Below are positions 37,471 through 49,826 of a DNA stretch of 64,000 nt, piece after piece (position 1 is the stretch's first letter; each line of letters starts with the position of its first letter). Position numbers and translations under genes: made by a program. Below the pieces are notes generated by a model, which made no database searches, was not told the DNA's origin, and worked only from the letters and a program-made list of their open reading frames with translations. Source of the stretch: Mobula hypostoma (taxonomy: Eukaryota); NCBI RefSeq assembly GCF_963921235.1, contig NC_086097.1, positions 117,678,001 through 117,742,000 of the forward strand, given 5' to 3'.

Positions 37471-37695
37471 AATAAAACAAAGGTTTCCACAAATAAAATG
37501 AAGTGAGTTGTTTTATGTTTAACAAAACGCGTAACACATTTTATTGAATTCCTCCAAAATCTACACAACAAAAGCTCGCTGTAAAACTTCTTCATAATAA
37601 CGTCATCACATCGGATCAGCCTCTTAAAGCTCAACCCTTACTTAATGTCGGTGGCTATGAATTACGTACATTTCTCCCAATTGCTTTACCCTACA

Positions 37696-37885
37696 GTAAG
37701 CGCCGCCCACAACCGCGTGGGCTTGATCCAGGTGCTCCAGTTTCCTCCCACATTCCAAAAATGTACCGGTTGGTAGGTTAATTGGTTATTATAAATTGTC
37801 CCATGATCATGGTTAAATTGGGAGTTGCGGCTAGCACAGCTTGAAGGGCTGGAAAGGTCTGTTCCATACTATATCTTAATAAACA
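37696..37885 (+). mobile_element. V-SINE 3' half
   Basis: accgcgtggg...ggtgctccagtttcctcccacattccaaa.atgtacc...gggctggaaaggtctgttcc...aataaa; continues the head at 21905-21990. Confidence 0.75.
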
Positions 37886-38269
37886 AATCATATACATGTG
37901 TATGGATATGTTAAATACTGTTACAGTATATAATTACATGTTCAAATAGAAAAGTGCTCATACTGTACGTAGGTTATCATACAGCTTCAAAGCGCTCTTC
38001 TCATTTTTGGATGAGCTTTGGAGGTACCTTCTCAGTCAAGGGAGCAGGTGATCCAGTGATGACTGAGCAAGAATCTTCCCGGTAACAAAAAGATGTGCAG
38101 GTTTATCTTGAGACATTGATGATGCTTTTCCTCCCACCGATGCTGCTTAAACTGCTAAGTTCTTCTGGTAGATTGTGAGCTGCTCCAGATTCTAAAATCT
38201 GCAGTGCCTTGGGTCTCCACAAAATGTTTACAGCAGTCACCATCGGTCCTTTCTCTCTGTTTAAAAATC

Positions 38270-41135
38270 AGAATGAGAATCCAAATTCCAATCACTGACT
38301 TATAGGTCATGAAATCTGCTGTCCTGCAGCAGTACTTTGCAAAGTTACTATCGAGTTCTGTACAAAATAAATGCATTATGTAAAAAAAAGGAATAATGAA
38401 GTAGTGTTCATGGGTTCATGGATCATTCAGGAATCTAATGATGGTGATAAATTAGTCTGGGTCTTTAAGCTGCTTTACCTCATCCATAATTGCAGTAACG
38501 AGAAGCGGACATGTCCCAGATGGTTTGAATCCTTAAGTTCAAAGTAAAAATTATTATCAGAGTCCATGCATGTCACCACATACAACCCTGGGATTCTTTT
38601 TCCTGTGGGCATACTCAGCAAATCTATACAACAGTAACTGCTGGAAGGATCAATGAGCAACAAACTCTGCAAATGCAAATATAATTAAATAGTAATAAGT
38701 AATGAGCATGAAATAACAAGATAAAAATATCCTTAAAGTGAGACCATCGGTTGTGGTAACACCAGAAATAGAATGAGTGTAACTATCTCTTTTTGTTCAA
38801 TGGCCTGATAGTTGAGGGGTAGTAACTGTACTTGAACCTGCTGGTGTGAATCCTGAGGCAGTTGGACTTTCTACCTGATGGCAGCAATGAGAAAAGAGCA
38901 TGGCCTGGGTGGTGAGGATCTTTGATGATGGATGCTATTTTTCTACAGCAACATTTTATGTAGATGTGCTCAATGGTTGGGAAGTCTTTACCTGTGACGA
39001 ACTGGGTGGAATCCAGTACCTTTTGTAGGATTTTTCACTCAAAGCCATAACGCAGCCAGTCAGCACACTTCCAACCACACATCTATATAAGTTTGCCAAG
39101 GGTTTTGATGCAGATAACCACCTTTCTTAGGCACTGTCTCTTCCAGATGCCTTTGATAGTGGAGAGAGTTATGCCTGTGATGGAGCTATCTGAGTCTACA
39201 ACATTCTTCAGCCTCTTGCAATCCTGCACATTGGAGTTTCCACATCAGTAAGAAAGTTCTCCATTATAAATTGATAGAAATTTGTAAGAGTCTTTGGTGA
39301 AATGCCAAATTTCCTCAAATTCCTTATGAAGTAGATTTGTTGACATGATTTCTTCAATGTATTGGGCCAAAGTAGATCCTCTGAGATGTTAACATCCAGG
39401 AATACGACTGACCCCTGGATGACGATTGATGTGAGTTCTCCCCACTTCCCCTTCCTGAAGTCTGCAATAAATCCTTTGGTATTCCTGGCCTCGAGTGTAA
39501 GATTGTTGTTGTGACATTACCCAAACAGCTGATCTATCTCACTCGTGTGTAGTTCCTTGTCGCCATCTGAGATTCCACAAAACCACAGTGATGTCATTGG
39601 CAAGTTTATTCATACCATTTGAGCTGCGTTCATCTGCACAGTCACAGGTGCAGAGAGAGTGTAGAGCAGTTGCTCAGCACGCGTCATTGAGGTGTGTGTG
39701 CGCGTGTTGATTGTCAGTGAGACAGAGTTATTAAATTTGATTCACACTGACTGTGGTCTCCCAGTATGGAAGTCGAGGATCCAGTTGCAGAAGGAAATAT
39801 AGAGAACCAGGATCTAAACCTTGTTGACTAATCCTGAGGGGATAGTGGTGCTGCATGTTGAATTGTAATTGATAAACAGCAGCATGTAGTATGTTTTGCT
39901 GTCGAGCAGGTGCTGTAAAACAGAATGGAAGCCAATGATTTTGTGTCCCTGTTGTGACAATTGTCATTTTGCAGTGGGTCCAAATATTTGCTCAGTCGGG
40001 GGTTAATCCTAACCAAGACCAACCTTTCAAAGCAATTAATTATAGTAGATGCGAGTGTCTCCTGGTGATAGTTTACGAGGCAGCTTACCCTGGGCACTGG
40101 TATGATTGCTGTCCTTTTGAAAGAAATGAGATCACAGCAGTGAAAGGTTGACGATCTCCTCAAACACTCCGGCCAATTAGTTGGTGTTGTAATGTGAGCA
40201 TTATTAAAAGTAACTTAATTCTAATTAGGATAATGGGAGAAGGTTTACTTCCAGTGGGCTTTGTATATAGTGTGCCTGCCATGCCGTACGGGTTGTGAAG
40301 GCTCTGTATATACATAACGGTTTTGAAGTTCGAGGTAAAGTTGTTTCTTGGGCATGAAGCTGTCGAGTGTGCCTTTTTCAAAGTAGAAGTTACTACAGTT
40401 GGCACAGGTTTTTAGTATCCTGCCAGGTACACCATTGGGGCCTGATACCTTGGAAGGGTTCAGCCTCTTGAAGAATTTTGTGACATTGGCCTCCAAGACA
40501 GCTATCAAAGAGTCTCTAGATACTGTGGGGATTCACTAAAGTTTATCGTTATTCTCCCTTTCACAGAAGACATTGAGCTATTGGCTGTGAAGCTCAATGC
40601 CATTTAAGCTGTTAGGTTTCATCTTATAGCAAGTAGTAGCATACAAATCTTACTACAGTTATCATGCATCTGATTTATGTTGACAGCTTTACCTTTTCAC
40701 GCTCAAAATGATCTTTTGTAGGTTCTAACTGGAATTCTTGTAGGATTCTGGATTGCTTGTTTACAGTGTCACAGATCTAGCCATCAGTAGAAGGCACATC
40801 TCCTGGTTCAGTTGGGACTTCTGCTTTGGGAAGTATGTTCTCAAATGCGCATGCTCATCCATTTGGTTTTGATGAAGTTGGTGCGGCATATTCACTCAGA
40901 TCTGAAGATGAATCCTTGAATATGGTCTAGTTCACTGATTCAAAGCAGTCCTGTAAATGCTCCTCCACCTCTCAAGCTTACCTTCATGAACCTCAACACT
41001 GGTGCTTTGGTCCTTAGTCGCCCTCTGTACGCCAAGTGTTGAAGTTAAGCTAAATAATCGGACTTGCCATAGGGTGGACGTGGAATGACATGGTAAGCAT
41101 TCATGATGGTATTGTAACAGCGATCAAATGTACAC
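38270..41135 (-). mobile_element. Cluster of nested, decayed Rex1/Babar-like LINE pieces (3' UTR, RT and APE-proximal regions)
   Basis: FKRT.IIPVP....YHQETLASTIINCFERLVL..I...LDPLQ (39828-40163); FFKRLNPSKVSGPNGVPGRILKTCA (40245-40508); a second UTR copy nested at ~38535-39110. Confidence 0.75.
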
Positions 41136-41142
41136 GTTTGTA

Positions 41143-44100
41143 AGACCATAAGACTTGGGAGCAGAGTTAGGCCGAATGACCCATCACGTCTGCTCCACCA
41201 TTCCATCATGGCTGATTTATTACCTCTCTCAACCCCATTCTCCTGTGCTCTCCCTGTAATCTTTGACTCTCTGAGTAATTTAGAACCTTAAATCAACTTC
41301 TGACCTAAATAAGAGCAATGAGCTGGCCTGCACAGCTGCCTGTGGCAATGAATTCCACAGATTCACCGCCCTTTGCGTACAGAGATAGCTCTGCATCTTG
41401 ATTCAAAATGGATGTCCCTTGAGTCAGAGGCTGTGCCATCTGGTCTTAGACTCCCTCACTATAGGAAACATACTCCCAATATCCACTTTATGTAGGCCTT
41501 TCAATATTCAATAGGTTGTAATAAGATCCCCCACACATTCTTCTGAACTGCAGCCAGTAACATGCCCAGGGCCATCAAGTATTCCTCCTACATTAACCCT
41601 TTAATTCCTGGGATTATTTTTGTGAAACTCCTCTGGACCCTTTCCAATGTCAGCACATCTTTTCTCAGATAAGAGGGCCAAAACTGCTCACAGCACTCTT
41701 CTCGAAGTGTGGACTGACCAATACCTTATAAAGCATCAGCATTAATCCTTGCTTTTGTATCTTACCTCCCCTTTAAATAAATGCTAACATTGCATTTGCC
41801 TTCCTTATCACTGACTCAACCTGCAAGTTAGGGAATCTTGTACAAGGACTGTCAAGTCCCTTTGCACCTTTGAATTTCAAATTTCCTCCCCATTTAGAAA
41901 ATAGACAATCAAGATTTGAACAGCTCAGACTCAGCAGAAAGCAGCTGATTGGGCAGCAAGGTCAGGTGACCAAGCATTTTGAAAAGCTCAAACAGGTAAA
42001 TAGAGGGATAGCTCAAGCGAAGCGGCCAGTCAGTGAGTGGGCCAGTGAAGGAGTGGAGCTTTGAGACTTTGACTCGAGAGGCTTCGGCGAGAAAAGGCAG
42101 AGGACAAGCTTGCTGGCAGTTAGTCTTTACAATGTCTCCTGAGACGGTGATGTGCCTCTCATGTGTTATGTGGCAGTCTTGGGGGAACACCCCTCTCCCG
42201 CAGAGTCACATCTGCTAGAAGTGCATGCGGCTGGGCAATCTGGAAGACCGTGTAAGGAATCTGGAGCAGCAGCTGGTTGACCTTTGACTCATAAGGGAGA
42301 ATGAGGCAGGCATAGATGAGAACTACAGGGAGGTAGTCACACCTAGGCTGTCGGAAGCAGGTCGTTGGGTGACAGTCAGAGTAGGGAAGGCGAAGGTGAG
42401 CAGACAGGTAGTGCAGAGCACTGCTGTAACCATTCCTATGAATAATAAGTTTACCGTCCTAGATACTGTTGGTGGGGACGACCGACCAGGTGTGAGCCAC
42501 AGTGGCGGGCCTCCGGCACTGATTCTGACCCTGTGGTGCAGAAGCATGAGACGGAGAAGAGGAGAGCTGTCATCATTGGAGACTCTATAGTCAGGGGAGC
42601 AGACAGGAGATTTTGCCGATGTGAGAAGGACACCCGCATAGTTTGTTGCCTCCCGGGTGCCAGGGTCCGAGATGTCTCTGACCAGGTGCATGACATCCTG
42701 GTATGAGAGGGAAAGCAACCAGAAGTCGTTATACATGTACGAACCAACGACATAGGCAGGAAGTGGGATGAGGTCCTGAAGTGTGAGTTTCAGGAACTAG
42801 GCAGAAGGCTGAAGAACAGGACGTCAAGGGTGGCGTTCTCAGGATTGCTGCCAGTGCTATGTGACAGTGATGGTAAGAATTGGAGGAGATGGCAGCTGAA
42901 TACATGGCTGAGGAGTTGGTGCAGGGAGCAGGGTTTTAGATTTTTGGATCATGGGGATCTCTTCTGGGGAAGGTGGGACCTGTCCAGATTGGATGGGTTG
43001 CACATGAACTCGAGGGGGAGCAATATCCCTGCAGGTAGGTTTGCTAGCATGGTTCAGGAGGGTTTAAACTAATTTGCAAGGGGGATGGGACCCAGAGTGA
43101 TAGAGCACTGAAAGAAGTGCATGGAGTAAAACCAAATCTAACATATACAGAGGGTTTGAGGATTGGAGGGAGGCGAATGTTGTCCCCTTGTTCAAAAAAG
43201 GTAGTAGGGATAGTCCGGGTAATTATAGACCAGTGAGCCTTACGTCTGTGGTAGGAAAGCTGTTGGAAAAGATTCTTAGAGATAGGATCTATGGGCATTT
43301 AGAGAATCATGATCTGATCAGGGACAGTCAGCGTGGCTTTGTAAAGGGCAGATCGTGTCTAACAAGCCTGATAGAGTTCCTTGAGGAGGTGACCAGGCAT
43401 ATACATGAGGGTAGTGCAGTGGATGTGATCTATATGGATTTTAGTAAGGCATTTTACAAGGTTCCACACAGTAGGCTTATTCAGAAAGTCAGAAGGAATG
43501 GGACCCAGGGAAGTTTGGCCCAGTGGATTCAGTATTGGCTTGCCTGCAGAAAGCAGAGGGCCATGGTGGAGGGAGTACATTCAGATTGGGGGATTGTGAC
43601 TAGTGGTGTCCCACAAGGATCTGTTCTGGGATCTCTACTTTTTGTGATTTTTATTAACGACCTGGATGTGGGGGTAGAAGGGTGGGTTGGCAAGTTTGCA
43701 GAGGACACAAAGGTTGGTGGTGTTGTAGATAGTGTAGAGGATTGTCAAAGATTGCAGAGAGACATTGATAGGATGCAGAAGTGGGCTGAGAAGTGGCAGA
43801 TGGAGTTCAACCCGGAGAAGTGTGAGGTGGTACACTTTGGAAGGACAAACTCCAAGGCAGAGTACAAAATAAATGGCAGGATACTTGGTAGTGTGGAGGA
43901 GCAGAGCGATCTGGGGGTACATGTCCACAGATCCCTGAAAGTTGCCTCACAGGTAGATAGGGTAGTTAAGAAAGCTTATGGGATGTTAGCTTTCATAAGT
44001 CGAGGGATAGAGTTTAAGAGTCATGATGTAATGATGCAGCTCTATAAAACTCTGGTTAGGCCACACTTGGAGTACTGTGTTCAGTTCTGGTTGCCTCACT

Positions 44101-44785
44101 ATAGGAAGGATGTGGAAGCATTGGAAAGGGTACAGAGGAGATTTACCAGGATGCTGCCTGGTTTAGAGAGTATGGATTATGATCAGAGATTAATAGAGCT
44201 AGGGCTTTGCTCTTTGGAGAGAAGGAGGATGAGAGGAGACATGATAGATGTGTACAAGATAATAAGAGGAATAGATAGAGTGGATAGCCAGTGCCTCTTC
44301 CCCAGGGCACCACCACTCAATACATGAGGACATGGCCTTAAGGTAAGGGGTGGGAAGTTCAAGGGGGTTATTAGAGGAAGGTCTTTTACTCAGAGAGTGG
44401 TTGGTGTGTGGAATTCACTGCCTGACTCAGTGGTGGAGGCAGATACACTAGTGAAATTTAAGAGACTACTAGACAGGTATATGGAGGAATTTAAAGTGGG
44501 GGGTTATATGGGAGGCAGGGTTTGAGGGTTGGCACAACATTGTGGGCCGAAGGGCCTGTACTGTGCTGTACTGTTCTATGTATGTTCTATGTCTTCATTC
44601 TTAATGACTAAGTGCATGACCATGCACTTCCCTACATTAAATTCCATCTGTCACTTCTTTGCCTATTCCCCCAATCTGTCTAGGTCCTTCTGCAGACACC
44701 ATGCTTCTGCAATACTACCTGTCCCCCCACCTATAGTCATATAATTTGCAATCTTAGCTACAAAGCCATCAATTCCATCATTATT
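41143..44785 (-). mobile_element. Older CR1 3' fragment, split by an antisense CR1 insertion
   Basis: CR1 3' end (gaccataagac..ggagcaga.ttaggcc) at 41143; sequence breaks at ...ccccatttagaaaatag (41904) and resumes at ~44590 (aagtgcatgaccatgcacttccctacattaaattccatctg). Confidence 0.75.
41905..44590 (+). mobile_element. CR1 LINE with 5' UTR, ORF1, RT and 3' tail, but with the endonuclease region deleted
   Basis: ORF1 MSPETVMCLSC..ICxKC and esterase motifs (42131-43070); after ~43158 the sequence jumps to EDWREANVVPLFKKG; 379-aa open RT frame (43188-44327, FADD changed to FAED); (TTCTATGT) tail. Confidence 0.92.
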
Positions 44786-44849
44786 TCATCTGGTTCTGCA
44801 AGTGACGTTTTGGTGGTAGTTGGTCAGAGACCTTCTTATTCCAGCTTCA

Positions 44850-44965
44850 TCTCTCTTCCTATGCAGTCCTGATGGAGGGTCTCAGCCCAAAACATCTATC
44901 TTTATTCCTTTCTGTAGATGCTTCCTGAACTCCTGATGTTCTCCAGCATTTTTTTGTGTATGTTA
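44850..44965 (+). mobile_element. Penelope-like terminal fragment with hammerhead-like motif
   Basis: cagtcctgatggagggtctcagcccaaaacatc...gatgct.cctga.ct.ctga.gttctccagcattttt.gtgt. Confidence 0.7.
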
Positions 44966-45448
44966 CAACAACGTAATTACCTTGTAGCACAAGATCTGAA
45001 GTCATGAGATCAACACAGAGTTTGAGCTGATCTTGCAGTGGATGATGTCTCCATGTGTGCGTTTCCATTGTTGTGACTGATTTGCTGTCACACATCCTGA
45101 TAGAGCATGTCTTGATTCCTTTTCAGCTTTGCTTCCGTTTTGTGTCATTGTATTTCTTCTCACATCATGTATAATAATTTTTATGACTATTTCTTCATAT
45201 ATTGTGGGAACATTTATAGATTGGAACATTATTTTTAGCTAAAACACTGTCAGGGTAGTCAAAAGTATAGCAATTGTACAAAAACAGCCTGGGATTTTCA
45301 AGATTCAAAATTGTTTATTGTTATTTGTCAGTACATGAGTGTAAAGGAGAATAAAATGATTGTTACTCAAGACTCAATGCAGTATAAAGGAACAATGAGC
45401 ACGAAGAACACAGTAAAAAGCACAATGAATATATACACATATGAGTAG

Positions 45449-46337
45449 TATTACATAAACGGCAACAATGAATATCAATTGAGACAGGTTATATAAAAAC
45501 AACCAAATATGTATTAAACACGGATAAATGATAAGGAAAAAACAAACAAAAACTTTAACCCGAAGTTAACAGATATGCAGCCATTCACCAACTCACCACT
45601 CGGCTCTGGTTCTTAAAGCGTTAAATGCGAAAACAGTTCTTAAAGCGATAAAGTCAAATATAGTTCTTGAAGCGATAACTTCGAAAGTCCAACTGATTTA
45701 CACGTTCAATTGGGAAAGACTTCTCTGGAGAAGGATTTCTTCATAGACGCAACTTTCCTGCTGGTTCTGTCTACAGGATTCACGATGCCGAAAATAAACA
45801 GTTTAAATCAACTGACCTTAAATTCTTTTAGAGAGAGAGAGCACCTTTTTATATTAACTCCTTGCTCTTTTTGGCAAGAGTCATCACGATGCAGGTAGCT
45901 ACTACTCCAAAGAAGACTCAATAAGGTCCATCCTTTATTAAACTGCCAAACGATGCCGACTCCTCTCGATCCTTCGATCCTGTAACTTCGATAAGTTCTT
46001 CACTCTCCCTTCTAATGTTGGAATTGAGTAAATCAACACATCTAGGCAAAAATTTCCAGTCCAAATAATATGGTATTTTGCAACAGAACGCACACTCCGT
46101 TTTAAAAATGAAACTGCGTCACCAAAAACAAACACGCAACTGAAATGGAGATACAGCACGTTCTACCTGGAAATCTACAAACTCAAAACTCCCTGCGTCA
46201 CCTGGGTCGACCCTTATATAGTCACGGGGCACGTGTCATCATGTGACCTCACAACGGCGGAAAAATCACATCAGGTGACCTCCAAAAGACCATTACATCA
46301 TTCTCACAAAAAAACAGATCTCCTTGAGCATGTAACA
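45449..46337 (-). mobile_element. Solo LTR (889 bp) with 4-bp TSD
   Basis: GTAG|TATTACAT ... ATGTAACA|GTAG; CTATATAAG TATA-like box on the minus strand at ~46213-46221; inserted in a LINE 3' UTR fragment (45295-46430). Confidence 0.8.
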
Positions 46338-46479
46338 GTAGTTTATATACATAAACTAATTGCACGTCCACAAAGTGATGCTCGGTATGGGAGTATCTGT
46401 ACATAAGGTGCTCTGACAGTAAAAGAATGAAGTATGGTCGTATGGTCGCATTGTTTATTCCAGGGACCAGCTGATCGCG

Positions 46480-47203
46480 CTTATGCCAGCCGGTTTAGTA
46501 AACAGAGTGGTGGACATCCCGGCTGAAATCTGGAGGAAAACACACAGAGGATGCAGAGGGGTCCAAAAAGACGAGGAAAGCGGACCGGGTCGATACAACA
46601 GAGACTTATGGAGAAGAGGAGTTCAGTGGGTAATAAAATGGATGAGTTGACGGCGCTAGCCAAGAGTCAGAGAACATTTCAGGAGAACAATGTTATGTGT
46701 TTTACTGAAACATGGCTGCACGTGGACATACCCGACCAAAACTTTTCCATGGAGGGCTTCCAGACCGTTCTGGCTGACTGGAAGTGCACTGAGAACATTA
46801 AGCATAAAGGAGTTGGGGGCTTGCCGTTCTGGTCAACAATGGGTGGTGCAATCCTGGTCATACTACGATCGAGGAACGTGTTTGTAGCCTGGATATTGAA
46901 CTTTTTGCTGTTGGACTCCGGCCATATTCCACTGAGATACAACACTGGGCATTATGAGAGGTTGTTCCTGCCTGTGGCCATCGAACTTTGCAGCTCCTCC
47001 CGTGGAGGGTCAGACATCCTGAGCTGATAGGCTGGTCCTGGGCTTATTTCCATCTGGCATAGTTTGCATATTGTTGTTTGATTGTTTGTGGTTTTTGTAT
47101 TGCTATATTTATGTTCTGTTCTCGGTTGGTGCAGCTATAACGGAATTCAATTTCCTTCAGGATCAATAAAGTATGTCTGTGTCTATGTCCATGTCTATGT
47201 CTA
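46480..47203 (+). mobile_element. Internally deleted Rex1/Babar-like LINE (APE start fused to extreme 3' end)
   Basis: SSVGNKMDEL...VMCFTETWL...EGFQTVLAD (APE N-terminus), joined near 46928 to LRYNTGHYERLFLPVAIEL (ORF2 C-terminus), then UTR, aataaa and (TCTATG)n tail. Confidence 0.8.
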
Positions 47204-47209
47204 TACTGG

Positions 47210-47600
47210 TGGTGTGGTGGGATAATCAACTTGATTATCCATTGTGGAGCCTTCTTGTCTGCCACAGAGCAGTTTTTGTACCACACAGTGGTGCAGCATC
47301 TTAGGATGCTCTCAACTGCACATCTGTAGAAGGCCATAATTATTGATTTGCATAGTCCAGCTCTCTTCAACCTCCTCAGAAAGTAGAGGCATTGGTGACT
47401 TCCTAGACTGTGGACGATGACAGGTTGTGCAAGGTGTGCACTCCCGGCAGTTTGAAACGGCTCGCAGTTTCCACTGCCATTGTGAAGAGGGGTGTGAGTG
47501 GTATGAGTTCTCCTGAAGTCTTGTTGACATTGAGGAAGAGTTTATTTGCCTGGCACCAGGCTCTTCCAACTCCTCTCTGTAAACCATCTCATTGATGTTG
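47210..47600 (-). mobile_element. Rex1/Babar-like LINE fragment
   Basis: LKRAGLCKSIIMAFYRCAVESILRCCTTVWYKNCSVADKKAPQWIIK (ORF 47044-47370). Confidence 0.8.
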
Positions 47601-47964
47601 GTGAAATTGGGAAGGACAACAGTGAAGACTGTTGAATGTTTGTTTTGATTCACCACACTGCCTTTGTATTAACTCAAATGTTAATCACAACTCACATACG
47701 TTCACTTTTACTCATTACTGAGTGTTCCAATGATCGTAAAACACAACAAAAACAAACAATGGACTGTCAGAATTATTATTGATCTCTGCGTCGGCTTCAA
47801 TAGTTACATCACATTGTGGTCAGCTCCAATGCTTTGGGTTGGCCGAAAGACAATATTTTATAAAGTGTACATTCTGCTTCACTTCTATTGCCACCATTGA
47901 GCAAGATTCTCTAACTTGTTGCAATAGCTGTCTCCACTATAAGAATCAATGCTCTACGTTCTGC

Positions 47965-48568
47965 TCATCTCTGGTTCCATCAATTGCATAAGTCTAGGGA
48001 AGACAATTTCCAGCCCTGCCAAATGTGTGAGATTGAGGTGTGAGCCCACCCAAAAAACCCCTATTTTTGTGGATGCTGAGTGATGTGTTATCCTGTTACA
48101 AATAAGTGCCACAACATAACAGACAGTGCACCACATACAATTAAATGATTTAGCTTTATAATTCTTAATTTGACTAAAGGGTTAATAAAGAAAGAACAAA
48201 ATAAGAAAGGGGCCCATTTTAATGAAATGGTCTAGTGTGCACAACTTGGAGCTCACGATTTCCCCTTCACTGATCCTCCTTCGATCTCACCCCAGACTCT
48301 GTTGAATCACGGCCCCACTCTGGATCAAATCCTACGACCTCTTCTCTCCAACATCTTCTCTCTTCATCTCCTTAACAGAAGTCCCAAGCCCAACCTTAGT
48401 GTCCCTCACCAGAGAAACCTCCCCTTCATCCAGCCATCCTAATTGGATGGCACTCAATTCTTTCATCTCTTGTCTTCAACAGTAACTCAAACAAGCAGCT
48501 TGCAGAGAACACCACAAAATCAAATACAGAACAACACAACAGTAAAAAATATGAACCAGGACTTTACA
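47965..48568. mobile_element. Probable solo LTR
   Basis: Subterminal inverted match ctggttc / gaaccag, right end ...TTTACA, and CTGC on both flanks (47961-47964 / 48569-48572). The left TG is not intact. Confidence 0.45.
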
Positions 48569-49826
48569 CTGCAATTGTTTTCAGTTGATGGGTTTGAGTT
48601 AGAAGCTCTGGCATGTGGTTTTCTTTCTTCCTTGGCACTTTATTAACCCTTTCTCTACACATCAGCTGTCCCATTGTTTGAAAGTGAATATGATCTTACT
48701 AAAGGAAGCAATTCAGAAAGTTTAATATCCTTTTCCAAGGATTTCTGTCACAGTTACTTTGATGTGCATCAATTTACATTTACTCATTTACATTTTCAGC
48801 TCTTACTCAAGAACAGAAAATTCATATTGTGTGACAAGCTGTCTCAGATGCAATACTGGCCAAATATTCCTTTTGCTTCTTTCTTGTTCAGTAGAACACT
48901 GTTGTCTCTCGACAGTTTCTGCTGTGAAGTAAGCATGCAGTCCACGCAACATTTTTTCCCATGTAGACTTTTGTTACCTGTGACAATGATACATAAATAT
49001 CTTGAAAGCTTTCAATTTAAAGTTCAAAGTAAACTTACCATCAAAGCACATATCTGTCAGCATTACTAACCTGAGGTTCATTTTCTTGCAGGCATTCATA
49101 GTAGAACAAATAAACACAGTAGAATCAATGGAAAAGCTACTCACAAAGACTGTCAAACAACCAAATTGCATAAAAAGATGAACTGTGCAAATAAAAAAAA
49201 TAGATACATAAGTAAATAAATAAAACTGACAACATAAGTTGCAGCGCCCTTGAAAGTGAGTTCATAGGTTGTGGAATCAATTCAATGTTTCAGTATTATT
49301 CAGTGTTCAAAAGTTAATAGTTTTCTCCCTTAAGCTGCCTGATACTGGCCTTCCAAGCTTGTGAAGCCTCATTTCCCAGTTCAACAGAAGGTGCCTCAGA
49401 AAGCCTAAAGGAAGGCGTGAGTTGTGACGTGGCCATCACCATTTTAACAGCATGTCAAAGCAGTATACCGCCTCCAAGTGTACTGAATGGAACTATTTAT
49501 TTTGAAGTAGATTGCCTTTCACAATTCTGATTAATTAAGTTAGACATGAGTATATTTCTTTTCCTGCCAGCTGCAGGTTTAAGTAGAGTTTGACTCAGCT
49601 ATAGGTACAACTGTAAGAATCCCACACATTGGATTAGAAAATCAAAAGTTTCTTCTTATGTATACATCAGCACTACACAAAATCTTCATTTTGAATAGTG
49701 TTGATGTACACATAAGAAGAAAGTCAAAGTAAACTTTATTATCAAAGTACATATACACCACCATATACAACCCTGAGATTCATTTTCCCATGAGCATACT
49801 CAGCAAATCTATAGTATAGTAACTAT

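Larger units (their letters stand above)
21987..37695 (-). mobile_element. Old CsRn1-like Gypsy LTR retrotransposon (5'LTR-gag-pol-3'LTR), decayed, interrupted at 24903-36499
   Basis: Diverged ~215-bp LTR pair (21987-22200 and ~37471-37695, TGTAGG start); PBS at 37457-37470; purine tract GGGGTGGGG at 22203-22213. Gag LLSLPGLGD...ELFMQRMPDQVR...CLYLAHSGRNTRKCQPPC (36844-37305); RT FGLFEFLRMLFHLKN..QTFQ...FVYPDD; RNase H IATDASD...WQPLTFFSRQL; integrase HLLTMVDCTTRWP. Confidence 0.88.

Noticed and set aside
37985..38092. Possible small exon in unique sequence
   Set aside because: No recognisable product and no consistent splice pair on either strand.
44981..45096. Possible minus-strand exon (tcag|GATGTG...CAAG|gtaatt)
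   Set aside because: Splice dinucleotides are plausible and one frame is open, but the peptide matches nothing I recognise, the acceptor has a weak pyrimidine tract, and no partner exons were found.
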